DNA from: Carcharhinus amblyrhynchos
Taxonomy: Eukaryota
Length of the DNA: 64,000 bases
Direction: 5' to 3'
NCBI GenBank assembly: GCA_965287045.1
Contig: OZ336871.1
Span: 31,248,001-31,312,000, forward strand
Under the pieces are notes generated by a model. It worked only from the letters and a program-made list of their open reading frames with translations. It was not told the origin of the DNA and searched no databases. Position 1 is the first letter of the stretch; every line of letters begins with the position of its first letter. Below are positions 1 to 11,799 of this stretch, piece after piece. A program made the translations under genes and the position numbers.

Positions 1-1115
1 AAGCACTTTGGGGAAACCTGACAAGAATAGGTGCTATAAAAAGGCAAGTCTCCTTCTTTATGAATACATTGGGCTGTAACGCCAATTGCCATAGTGTCAT
101 ACTGGGTGGGGGGAGGTGGGGGATGTACCACAAAGATGAGCTGGGGAATCCCCTTCAGAAGTTCCCAGCTAAAGTTTGCAGGATCATCACCCAGAGTTTC
201 GATTTAAATCGCAAACTTTGGATTGTTCCAAGTGTGCGAAGTCAAAATCAGTTAGAAAACTTAAAAACTTCTCCTAACCTCTGGGCACAGACGCACACCA
301 ACCCACCACAGGACTCAGCCCCCCCTCCCAGTCCACCCTCACCGCCCCACCCACCGACCCACCTACCACCAGGGGACTCTCCCCAGTCCCTCACCCACCA
401 ATAGGCCTCCTCCACCCACCCAGGGATCAAACACAACCCACATCTTACACGTTCCCCCAGCTCCCAATACCTCTGGGATCTCAGTCCACCCAGACTGTGG
501 AGGGATTTGAAATCAAGTATGCAAGCGATAAGAAAACCTCCCTGCTTTCCACCCAGGCATTAAAGGTTTTGGCTGCGGCATCGGCTGCTGAGACTGTGTT
601 TGTTATTGGAGGCTCAGTGACCTGCTGCCCCAAGTAGGCCCCATTACTGACTCTGAGCCTCACTCCAGAACCGCAGCATGCAATCTGGGCTGACGTCTCG
701 GCTCAACACTGAAGGATTCTGCAGTGCAGAGGGGTCATCATTTCAATGAGCTGTCTACTCTCCATTGCACAAGAGTCAAATGACCATTCCAAAGGCTCAA
801 GTGCTCATAGAGTACCTGAATCTAAGGCCACTAGTTACTGCAGAATGATTTGTGCTTAAGGAATAATGAAAATGAATCTCTGTTTGTGGCAGAACTGAGG
901 AAAATGTGTCCAAATTACAAGTCTTTGGTGGCTTTCTGGTTGGTGCAGCAAGTTGTCTCAGGTTTGACTGGCGTGATCACATCAGGTGAATTGTTGGTCG
1001 GAGACAGAGCAGCCTGAGCCAACAATGAGTTTGCCTTTGCTGTGATGGCCAAGGAGAGCCACGGGATGACCCGACCAGGCCAGCAGCAAGGCTGAGAGGG
1101 CGGATAGGCAACAAA

Positions 1116-1430
1116 CAGCACGGTGGCACAGTAGTTAGCACTAGTGCCTCACAGCACCAGGGACCTGGGTTCAGTTCCTGCCTCGGGGAACTGTCTGTGT
1201 GGAGGTTGCACATACCCTCTGTGTCTGCATGAGATCTCCGGGTGCTCCGGTTTCCTCCCACACCCCAAAGATGTGCAAGTCAGGTGGATTGGCCATGATA
1301 AATTGACCCTTTCTAGCAGGGGGATTATCAGGGTAAACACATGGGGTTATGGGGATAGGACCTGGCTAGGATTGTGGCTGGTGCAGATTTGGTGGGCCGA
1401 ATGGCCTCCTTCTGCACTGTCGGATTCTAT
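1116..1430 (+). mobile_element. HE1/V-SINE, CR1-type tail
   Basis: tRNA-like A/B boxes, V-domain gggtgctccggtttcctcccaca, tail gggccgaatggcctccttctgcactg. Confidence 0.9.
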
Positions 1431-1779
1431 ATTTGAAAACAGGCCAGCCAGGCAACAGGCCAAGGCAACTACTGAGCGAGCCTGCACATTTCCTGAGGTT
1501 GTCATCGAGCAGAGGTGAGGCGTAAGGGTCGAGGAGGTGCTGGTGGTCATCGAGGGGAGCAACGGGGTGACCCGACCAGGCCAGCAGGGCTGAGGAGGGC
1601 TGGTGGGCAACAAGCCAAGGGTGAAGATGAAGAGGTCAGATAGCCAGACAGGCAGCCAGTGAGCCAGTATCACAACAAGGTCATTGAGTGAGCGGGGCAA
1701 CTTGAATGCAGGGCTGAAGAAGGCAAACAAGTCTGCAATTGCAGAAAAGTCATTCGCTAAAATCAAGAAAGATCAGCCA

Positions 1780-4560
1780 ATATGAAGCAACATTATCTAT
1801 TTGGCAATCAAAAGCACAGAAAATTGAAGTTGAGGCAAAAGGATGAAGCTAGGCAAAAAGACAGTTTGTCAATTTACTTTGGAAAGTTTGAAATATTGAG
1901 CAGTGCACAAACTCCTCATTCATCTTCATTGAGCAAAAGTATGGGTGAATTATTTGATGACTTTGGCTTGCCAATTTCCAGAGATACCACATCGCCTGAA
2001 AAGGTGAATAAGAAGTTCAAGAACAAGAAGTGGACGCTTGGGAATGGAATTGCAAGATACTGCAGGTTCTCCTGCTGTTGAAGAGACTGTAGAAACCCAA
2101 CCCAAAGTCATTGCCTTGTCGCCAAAATCCGTTCTACTGTGTACAACAGAATATTTTGCACTAAATAAACTAGAAAACATAGGTAATATGGAAAATTTGA
2201 GAATAGAATTTGAGGTTGGAGGGTGGAAGCAGATTAGAAGTCTTCCTAAGTTCCATTTTCCGAGGTTGAAGAGAAATGGGATGATGGAAACTAAGAACGT
2301 GATTTTTCTGGCCGCACGTGCCCCAATGGAGGTCAATGGAACTTTGCATGCTCCATGTCCTGCCCGCTACAATTCCCATAGTGGGTGGGAGGGGAATGCT
2401 TCACGCAAGAAATTGTTTTTTTTTGAAGCCTCTCAGGCAGTCTTATTCCTTGACCCTAGTAAAAGGAAATAAGCATTTGTCGGCGAGTACACTAACTGGA
2501 CAAATGTTGGAAGAAATCTTGCAGATCATGAAACTTCCAAAGCTCATATTAAAGCTATGGGCGTGTTTGTTCAAAGATTTAAATTACCTGGGAGAATTGT
2601 CTCTGCCTTATTGGCTGAGTTTGAAAAGGAGTGTTCTTGTTGGAGGAAAGTGCTGAGATGTGTTGTTGCCTCATTCAAACTCTTGTCTTCTTTGGGGCTT
2701 CCATTAAGAGGACTTGAAGAGTCATCATTGTCAACTCGGAAATGTACATTTTTAGTCTGCATTGAATATATCAGTGAATTTGATGAACTTCTCAAAGAGC
2801 ATTTGAAAAGTTATCAATTTGTCACTCAGAGGAGACCAACTTTTTAACACACGGAACCCACGATGATTTCATCACTATAATGGCAGAGCGGCTCAGAAAC
2901 CAATTCACTAATGAAGTAAAAGATGCCAAATACTATTCCATAATAGTTGATTCAACACCAAGTGTGAGTCCTGTGGACTAATTAACATTATGTGTCCAGT
3001 AATGGTGAAGTTGCAGATCGATTTCTCTGCTTTGTCCAGCTATAATTCAGACTTTGTGTGTGTCTGTCTGAAGCCAACGATTTTGGAAGTCATTGCAAAT
3101 CTGAGTTTGGACATCGTGGGCAGAGCTTCGATAATGCCACAAATATGGCAGGAAAATATTTAGGTCTGCAATGCCAGCCCCAGTGCATTATTCATCCCAT
3201 GTTCTAGGAATTCCTTGAATTTAATCTGCAATGCAGCTGCTGAATCCTGTGAGGCAGCCGTACATTTTTTGACTTTGTTCAAAAGTTGTATGCTTTTTTC
3301 TCGGTTTCCACACATCAGTGGCATATGTTGCAATCGCATTTGTAACAGGCACAGGGAAAACATTGGACGGTAAAAAGAATTTGAGACATCAGGTTGTCTG
3401 CTCATGCAGATGCTGTTTTGGCTTTGAAACTGAATTTTGTCGATATAAAGAAATGCATTCAGACACAATCACATCAAATTCAGAAAAGTCACATGTTAAA
3501 GCTGATGCAAAATCCTTAGCAGAGAAGTTTGAAAAGTACAATATTGCTGTTTTTAACAGGTTTATGGAACCATTTACTTCAAAGAATTAATGTTGTCAGC
3601 AAATCACTGCAAAATGTGAATACAACTGAATGCTGCACAGTTGTTAGCTTAAGTTAGAAGCTTTGTCATGGAAGTTTAAGATGACGATAGCTCGGTAGAA
3701 GCAGAGGGATTAACAACAGCAAAGAATACATGTCCCTCTGATGATGAGAAGTGTACTAGACACAGCAAGTTATTTCTCGATGAAACTAGAGACAATGAAG
3801 TCACTTTAAAAGGGAAGGAGAAGATTATCATTGAAACTGTCGATGTTATTTATGACACACTAATTGTGCAATTGCAGAGAAGTGAATCTCTGAAGAAAAC
3901 GGTTGATTTATTTTGCAAGCTTTTCAACAGAAGTTTGGATAAGAATGCTAAAAAGCCACTGCGGTAAGAAGTAGATTGTGTAACCCCTCAAGCCTGCACT
4001 GCCACTCAATAGGATCATGCTAATCCAACATCCCTTGCGTCTACTTTCCTGCCCTTTCCCCATAACTCTTGATTCCCTTACTGATCAAAAATTCATCTAT
4101 CTCAGCCTTAAGTACACACAAGGACTCTGTCTCCACAGCTCTCTGTGTCAAGGAGTTCCAAAGACTCACAACTCTCTGAGAGAAAAAATTCCTCCTCATC
4201 TCTGAAATTATGTGCATTCTACCAGGAGGACATAGACACAAATCTTTTTGCAGATGAAATGAAACAATTCGTTCATTTCATCAATAATGATGAGCTCTGT
4301 GCTTCAAGGTCACCAGCTGATTTGTACAGACTCGTACATGATGGTTTGCAGGCAACGTTTCCAAATGTGGACACCATTCTGAAAATATATTGAACAATAC
4401 CTGTCACAAGTGCTCCTTGTAAACCTTCTTTCTCTGTATTGGAAAGTGTGAAAAGTTATTTGCAAAGTACGGTGGATCAAGAACATTAGACAAGTTCAAC
4501 AATATTGATTATTGAAAGTGCGCCTTTGCAAGATTTTACCTGCAGTTGTCATGCTAACAA
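1780..4560 (+). pseudogene. Decayed hAT transposase (ZMYM1-like; DUF4371 plus hAT dimerisation domain)
   Basis: Motifs across broken frames: NWTNVGRNLADHETSKAH, LGLPLRG, KYYSIIVDSTP, GQSFDNATNMAG, FIPCSRNSLNL, ATFPNVDTILKIY*TIPVTS; many stops and frameshifts. Confidence 0.88.
3968..4201 (-). mobile_element. CR1 LINE 3' fragment inserted in the hAT transposase
   Basis: EMRRNFFSQRVVSLWNSL...GIKSYGERAGK, the CR1 ORF2 C-terminus, plus 3' UTR. Confidence 0.85.
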
Positions 4561-5336
4561 GGAATAATGCAAGAAAATCTTAAAAATCTGTCCCTCTTCA
4601 TATACTCTTATTTAAATTCTACTTTTCAAAAGGGACCGCTTGTTAGTCTGATATAACGGCTGCTGGTCACATGCAGATATTTCTAACCACCCACCAGACC
4701 TTATCGCTCTCAAGACTGGCCTTCGGGAAGCCTCTTCTAGGACAATGAACAGAATCCTGCCAGACAAAGACACGCTGCTGATATTGGACTTGGACTCATT
4801 GGAACCCACTCGATTGGAGTATTTGCTTTTACACTGGACTTTTTCCAATTTGCTCTCTCCTGCACTGGCCTGTGCTGCCACCGTAACATCGGCTAATTTT
4901 CCCATCTCATAGCTCATCAATCAGCCAGCTCCACGTTTACTCACCTCGAGGCACATGGATCACAGTATTGACCATCTTTATCATCACTCTGAGAACAGGT
5001 AGACTTGGATTTCAATTCAGCGATCGTAGACATGTTTCGATCAGTTAAAAAAAAGCCATTAATGAATGATCAAGTCATGTATTTTTGTGGCTGGTACCTT
5101 TGCGTTCTTTGGCGCGAGGGCGGGCAGAATTGGGAGGGAAGTGACACCATTCGGGTGGGGCATGGAATCACTGAAGGGGGTGGGCATAATATCAAGAGGG
5201 AACCCAGAAACGAATGTGAGAACATGGCCCCATAAGTCGAAGTCCATACCACTGCTTGGAAAATAGCTGTTTGCATCTCAAAAATTCTGACGGGGATGTG
5301 GATAAGTGATATGCGATGTATTTGCATATTTTCTGT

Positions 5337-5355
5337 TGAGCACTAGAGGGCTCCT
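5337..5355 (+). promoter_or_regulatory. CTCF-like motif next to an octamer (ATTTGCAT, 5320-5327)
   Basis: TGAGCACTAGAGGGCTCCT. Confidence 0.35.
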
Positions 5356-5879
5356 TGATATGAGTTAGACTGCAGTAGTAATTGAACTACAGGGTTTTCT
5401 CATTTTACCGAATGTTATATCTTTAGGAGAATGTTGCAGGTCTGACGTTCTATTGCAGTGCTCATGGTGCTATGGACATTAACCCATGACCCATATTACC
5501 AAACAAGAGGTCCTCACCTCACTGTGTTTATGGAGCCTTGCTAGTGACCACTGCTTTACTGACATAACCACACAGTTTAATTAATTGTAAGTAAAACACT
5601 AGGGAACAGAAAACTGTATGTCAAAGCATTTTTTTTTTGATTCTGTTGCGTAGATATCAGTTGAATCTGTTCTATGGCAAAAGGGCCTCAGTTTGACATC
5701 CAAGTGCTGAATTCCTCATGTTGTTAATTGATGTTAATTAAGACAATATAAGCTATTGTGGACAATGAAATAAGCAGCGACTAAGCCATGTTAGGATTAA
5801 TTAATTACCTCATAGTGAAGGTGCTCAGAGGTAGCAGTAATCATATTATGATTGCATTTTACATTCAGTTTGAGGGAGA

Positions 5880-6900
5880 GAAGAGTGGTTCCAAGATTAG
5901 TATTTTAAACTAAATATGGGAAATTATGAGGGCATAAAAGCAGAGCTAGCTAAAGTGAACTAACAAATTATGTTAAGGGATAAATAGATAGGGGCAGATG
6001 TTTATGGGATATTTCAGAATACATAGCGTAGATCAATTCCAATGAGAAAGAAAAATTCCACAGGGAGGACATGTCACCTGTAATTAACTAAAAAAGTTAA
6101 ATGTAGTATCAGACTTAAAGAGAAAGCATCTAATCATGCAAACATGAGTGGCAGTTCAGAACCATAAAATCCCTACAGTGCAGAAGGAGGCCATCAAGCC
6201 CATCAGGTCTGCAAAGAACATCCCACCGCTCTATCCCTGTAATCTTGCACATTTACCATGGTTAATCCATCTAACCTGCACATTTATGGACACAAAAGGG
6301 GCAACTTAGCAGGGCCAATCCATCTAACCTGCACATCATTGGACTGTGGGAAGAAACTGGAGCACCCAGAGGAAACCCACACAGATATGAGGAGAACGTG
6401 CAAACTCCACACAGACAGTGACCCAAGCCAGGAATCAAACCAGGTCCCTGGCACTGTGATGCAGCAGTGGTAACCACTGTGCCACCACGCTGCCCATCAG
6501 AAGATTGGACATAATATAAAAAACAGCAAAGGTTGACCAGAAAATTGATAAGAAGGAAAAATTAGAATACGAGAATAATCTATCAAGAAATATAAAGGCG
6601 GATAATAAGAGTTTCTATAGATATTTTAAAAAGAAAAGTATTAATAAGGTGACTGTTGGTCCTATAGAAAGTGAATCTTAGAATTAGTAATGGAAAATAA
6701 GGACATGGCAGAAGGATTGAACAAGTAATTTGTATCCATCTTCACTCTAAGGATACAAGTAACATCCCAGACCTAGCTGTAAATCAGGAGATGGAAGAAA
6801 GGGAGGAACTCAAGAAAATTACAAACACTAAGAAAGTGGTATTGAGAAAAGCATTGTGGGCTGGTAAGTCCCAGGTCCTGAAGGACTTCATCTGAGTGTC
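5880..6900 (+). mobile_element. Degenerate CR1 ORF2 fragment (EN-RT linker), split by a SINE
   Basis: A-rich decayed coding sequence including NIKADNKSFYRYFKKK- and ENKDMAEGLNK-like segments. Confidence 0.7.
6162..6496 (-). mobile_element. HE1/V-SINE, CR1-type tail
   Basis: Reverse complement of the same consensus. Confidence 0.9.
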
Positions 6901-6939
6901 CCATCCAGGAGACAGGAATAAATATGTTCCATATATATA

Positions 6940-7045
6940 ATGAAGGAGCAGTGCTCCGAAAGCTCATGATAACAAATAAACCTGTCGGACTTTAACCTGG
7001 TGTTGTGAGACTTCTTACTGTCCAACGCTGGCATCTCCACATCAC
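6940..7045 (+). mobile_element. Older Penelope-like pseudo-LTR fragment with 5'-truncated hammerhead
   Basis: tgaaGGAGCagtGCTCCgaaagct followed by aataaacctgtcggactttaacctggtgttgtgagacttcttactg...gcatctccacatca. Confidence 0.7.
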
Positions 7046-7256
7046 AGTAAAAAGTCTGACAACACCAGGTTTTAGTCCAACCTATTTATTTGATAATATA
7101 CTCACTAGCTTTCGGGGTTACCCCCTTCGTCAGGTGACGAAGGGGGTAACCCCGAAAGCTAGTGAGTATATTATCAAATAAATAGGTTGGACTAAAACCT
7201 GGTGTTGTCAGACTTTTTACTGTGTTTACGCCAGTCCAACGCCGGCATACCCACAT
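7043..7256. mobile_element. Young Penelope-like insertion: inverted partial pLTR plus direct pLTR, forming a perfect palindrome
   Basis: Arms 7043-7132 and 7135-7224 are exact reverse complements; 14-bp direct repeat catctccacatcac at 7032-7045 and 7257-7270. Confidence 0.8.
7103..7136 (-). ncRNA. Minimal type I hammerhead ribozyme (PLE type)
   Basis: CAC-CUGACGA-A-GGGG(GUAA)CCCC-GAA-AGCU-A^GUG: conserved core, GNRA-capped stem II, palindromic AGCU in place of stem III, CAC/GUG stem I. Confidence 0.7.
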
Positions 7257-7623
7257 CATCTCCACATCACGCCAGACAGAGACAGCTGGCGGAAAAAAAT
7301 TCCAATCACAAGATAAGAATTAAGATATGTTTTGGTTTTAGTATGTGTTCAGAGTTCAGTTTGTTTTCGAGATGCTGTCCAGTACAGTACAGGGGCTGGC
7401 TTCGCAACCAGTCTCAAAGTTTTCTTTTCAGTGCTGCAATGTTAATTTTAAGTTTTGTTCAATAAAGAAACTCATTGTATCGGTGCTGTCTTCGCCTGTT
7501 TAAAGGAATGAATGGATCAAAATGCAAAAGAACTTCAGATTTCAGTAATGCTTCTTTGGCTTCCACAAAAGTGTTATTGCATTGATCTGACTGATATTTC
7601 CGCTTCTCGTTTTGGTACCACAT

Positions 7624-7905
7624 GGGCGGCATAGTGGCACAGTGATTAGCACTGCTGCCTCACAGCACCAGAGACCCGAGTTCAATTCTTGGCTTGGGTC
7701 ACTGTCTGTGTGGAGCCTGCACACTCTCCCCGTGTCTGCATGGGTTTCCTCTGGGTGCTCTGATTTCCTCCCACAGCCATGAAAGACGTGCTGTTTAGGT
7801 GCATTGGCCTGAACAAGTGCCGGAGTATGACAACTCAGGGAATTTCACAGTAACTTCATTGCAGTGTGAATGTAAGCCTTACTTGTGACTAATAAATAAG
7901 CTTTA
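7624..7905 (+). mobile_element. V-SINE with alternative tail (ttcacagtaacttcattgcagtg)
   Basis: Same head and V-domain, different 3' end. Confidence 0.88.
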
Positions 7906-8157
7906 TAAACTAATGCAATAGCTCAGAATGGTTGCCAAATTTGAAACAAATTTTACATAATAGTTCAAGAATTGCAATTGGTTATTATTCTGAGATGCAG
8001 GTGTCTCTGCAATAGCCTTGACTTTCAAAAGAGATTTGTGAAGCCCGTATCACATGTCCCACATACTCAATGGAGAATTGGAAAAACACATTTATCCTTG
8101 GGGTTCTCAAACTATAGTCTTCCAATCTCTAAAGAGTGGCATTCATCTGTAAGTACA

Positions 8158-8491
8158 GGGCAGCATGTTGGCGTCGTGATTAGCACTACTGTCTCACAAT
8201 GCCAGGGACCCAGGTTCAATTCCAAGCATGGGTGACTGCCTTTGTGGAGTTTGTAAATTCTCCCCATGTCTGCGGGGGTTTCTTCCGGGTGCTCTGGTTT
8301 CCCCCCACAGTCCACAGATGTGTAGTGGGGTGGATTGGCCATGCTAAATTGCCCCTAGTGTCCCAAGATTAGGGGGATTGGCGGGGTAAATGTGTGAGGT
8401 TGCAGGGATGGGGCAGGGGGTGGACCTGGATGGGATGCTGTGTCGGAGAGTTGGTGCAGGCTGTCATTCTGCACTGTAGGCATCCTATGAT
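8158..8491 (+). mobile_element. HE1/V-SINE
   Basis: Consensus head, V-domain and tail. Confidence 0.88.
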
Positions 8492-9144
8492 TAAGCCTGG
8501 CTGAGGTCAGTGTGGGGTAACAGCTACTGTTCCACACACAACACTGGATTAGGCATGACACTGAAGACTCTGCAAATCCTTATGGATCCACCCTTCCTCA
8601 TGACTGGTACTATTGGTGTAGCCCATTCACTAATAATACTGACAGCTCCCAAGACTCCTATCTTCACTAGTCGTTCCAAGTTAGCCTCCACTTTCTGCCT
8701 GACAACATATGGTACAGACCTTTCCTTCTAACATTTTGTTTGGATTCCTTCTTTAATCTTCAATTTAACTGTGATGTTTTTCATGCTCCCCAGTTCTCCA
8801 TCAAACATAACAATGTGCTTCTTCAGAATTTTTGTAAGACCCAATTCTTCATTGATCATCAGGCCCAGCTCAGTCAAATCTTTTCTAACCACGTTTGACC
8901 CATCAATGCTGGATAATTGCCCTTTACTACATGTAGAGACAAATCTGCTGTTTGCCCATTAAGTTCCAGGACCACACCAGTGCGGCCCTTCAGTGGAACC
9001 ACTTCACCCCTGCATGTCTTCAACACCATTCTTGAAGCTTTCAAGGAAATATGTCTGAGTGTTTCCTTATACCCAGTCTCTGGTACCAGTGAGACTGTTG
9101 TCCCAGTGTCGACTTCCATCCTTATTAATCTCTTGCCTTAAAGA

Positions 9145-9485
9145 AGGATTTAAATGCATTCCAGAGAAGGTTTACTCGATTAGTTCTTTGGAATGAGCAG
9201 GTTGTTTTACGAGGGGAGGCTAGATAAGATAGGTTTGTATCCACTGGAGTTTAGAAGAGTCAGAGGGAACTTCATTGGAACAAATAAGATGCTGAGGAGT
9301 CTTAACTGAGTGGATGTGGAGAGGATGTTTCCTCTTATGGGAGAATCTAGAAATTACTCTTTAAAAATCAGGAATAGTCCATTTGAGACAGAGATGAGGG
9401 GCATTTTTTTCTCTCAGAGGGTGTTGAATTTTTGGAACTCTCTTCCTCAAGAGACTGTGGAAGCAGAGTCTGAATATTTTTAAGT
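9145..9485 (+). mobile_element. CR1 ORF2 C-terminal fragment
   Basis: GLYPLEFRR...EMRGIFFSQRVLNFWNSLPQ-like decayed sequence. Confidence 0.75.
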
Positions 9486-10239
9486 GTGGCGATGCTGGCA
9501 CAGGACTGGAGTGTGCAGAGTAAGAAGTGAATTACTGCTGATTATAGATGGTAGCATCGACACAGGGCATTAAAACTGGTTTCAGCTCAATGCGTGGCAA
9601 TTTGCCTCAGACGGAAAATGTCATGATTTCTGCTTGCACTGGCAAAGAAATGATGTTCTCCACTTTAACGGATGCAAGGATCGGAATAGGCGTCCAGTCC
9701 ATCACGCCCTTTATATCAATCAATAAGGTCATGGCTAATCTGTACTTCAATCTCATTTACACATTTTTGCTCCATATCCCTGGATACTTAATGAAAATAT
9801 ACCAATCACAGTCTTGAAAAGTTGAATTGATCCCGATGCACCGTTTTTTGTGGGAAGAGTGTTACAGATTCCCACTATTCTTGTGTGAAGAATCACTTCC
9901 TGATTTGCTCCTGAAAGAACAGTAGGAAACTTTAAGATGATGCCTCTACCTGGAGAGATAACTTATCTGTATCCATCTTCTTATCATTTTAACGGCCTCA
10001 ATTAAATCACCCTTCCATTATCTAAACCAAACAAGTCAAATTTAAACTAATTTAATCATTTTATGTTCTGGAAGAAATTTGCTGAATCCTTAATGCATGA
10101 AGTCTTAAAATCATATATTTAAGCATTCATTTTTTTTAAAATAGCATTTAAAAGTTCCTAAGTTTCCTCTTTATGAACTCAAGTACTAGGAATAATATAA
10201 TTTGCAGCGAACCATTTAGTTTGGCCAAAGTTTTTTGAT

Positions 10240-10258
10240 AGGCCACTAGAGGGTGCAC
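10240..10258 (+). promoter_or_regulatory. CTCF-like motif
   Basis: AGGCCACTAGAGGGTGCAC compared with consensus TGGCCACCAGGGGGCGCTA, in non-repetitive sequence. Confidence 0.5.
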
Positions 10259-10727
10259 AGTGTCCATTTCTAGATCAAAAGCAACTTAGTGATGTGGTGG
10301 GGTAGAGCACTGCTCACACAGGTCGTATCACACAAATACACATGCACAGACCTATAATTAAAAATCGATCCTTAAGATCACAAATGGATGATTAATTTTA
10401 AAGTGCAGGAAACATGCATCAATACGAGTGACTGTAAAGGCATTTTGGGTACAAACCTCTAACTGGAAGTGAAAGATTGAAGTCCATGAGTTACGTTGAC
10501 ACATAAATAGGGGTGTTATAACAGGTTGTATGTTGTGTGCCTCGCTTCTTAAAAAAAACAGAATGTTTATTCATTTTTGGAATGCGGTTGTCTTATCCTA
10601 GAACAACTGAGCCACATCGGAGGACATTCAGCTTGAGTCACTTATAGGCCCAGAATGGAGAAGGACGCCAGCTTCCCCTTCCTGAAGGGCATAAGTGAAC
10701 CAGATGGGTTTTTACAACAGTCCGATC

Positions 10728-10974
10728 ATAATGGCACAGTGGTTAGCACTATTGTCTCACAGCACCAGGGTCCCGGGTTCAATTCCCAGCCTGGGTCACT
10801 GTCTGTGTGGAGTTTGCATGTTCTCCCGCGTGCATGGCTTTCCTCCAACAATCTAAAACTTGTGCTGGTTGGGTGCATTGGCCACGCTAAATTCTCCCTC
10901 AGTGTACCCGAACAGACGCCGGAGTGTGGCAACTGGGGGATTTTCACAGTAACTTCATTGCAAAGTTAATGTAA
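10728..10974 (+). mobile_element. V-SINE, alternative tail
   Basis: tccctcagtgtacccgaacag..ttcacagtaacttcattgc. Confidence 0.88.
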
Positions 10975-11799
10975 ACCGGTCTGGAAAACACCTCCTCTAA
11001 ATAAGTCGGAGTCTGGAACTGCATTAATGCGGGTGAGCGAGGAGGTAAGTCTCTGCATTGAAACTGCTCCGTGTGCTTAGAGGGGGCTATTTCATGGTGG
11101 CCATGTTGTATTTCAGGTCGGGGGGGGGCTACAAGTGTGTGTGGCTGTCGGGGGGGCTCTGTTGCTTATGGAGTCCAAACTTGAAACAAATTTTACATAG
11201 TATTTCAACAATTGCAATTGGTTAATATTCTGAGATGCAGGTGCCTCTGCGATAGCCTTGACCTTCGAAGGAGATTTGTGAAGCCCATATCACATGTCCC
11301 ACATACTCAATGGAGAATCGGGAAAAACTCACATTTATCCTTGGGGCTGTCAGGCTTTCAGCATGGACCTGGGTCAGGAGCACTGATCTGGGATCGTAGG
11401 GATCACTCATGGTCCTAGTGCACACATCTGGAAACACCGTTGCAGGTGGGAGTTTGCGATGCAGTCTCAGGGCTTTTAAAGCAGCACTGAGTGTGGCTAC
11501 TGCTGCACGGGTTCTGGGTCTCTGCCTGTGAGTGGGGGTGTGAGGAGGGGTGGGGTTGCTGCATTGCTATCCTGGAACCTGTAGGGGTTATGGACAGTGT
11601 GTGTTGCTGGGGGGCTATGGGGGAGGGCAGTGGGGGGGGGGGGGGGGGGGGGTAGTGTGCGTTGCTATGGAGCTATGGAGGATGGGTGGGGTGTGTGTTG
11701 CTGGTGGGGAGATGGAGGGTGTGCATTGCTGTGGGGTTATGCGGGGCTGGGTGGGGTATGTGTTGTTGGGGGGGCCATGGCGGGTGGGGTGGGTGGGTA

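Larger units (their letters stand above)
7495..9140 (-). mobile_element. Decayed Ty3/Gypsy pol remnant (protease, RT N- and C-termini), interrupted by two SINEs
   Basis: MEVDTGTTVSLV (aspartic protease DTG), SEWATPIVPVMRKGGSIRIC, IEYVGHVI...KVKAIAEAPA, EAKEALLKSEVLLHFDP. Confidence 0.88.

Noticed and set aside
1116-1190. tRNA genes at SINE heads
   Set aside because: A and B boxes are present but there is no intact cloverleaf, and each runs into the SINE V-domain
1780-4560. Domesticated ZMYM1/ZBED-like gene
   Set aside because: Many stops and frameshifts, the CxxH motif is mutated, and a LINE interrupts it
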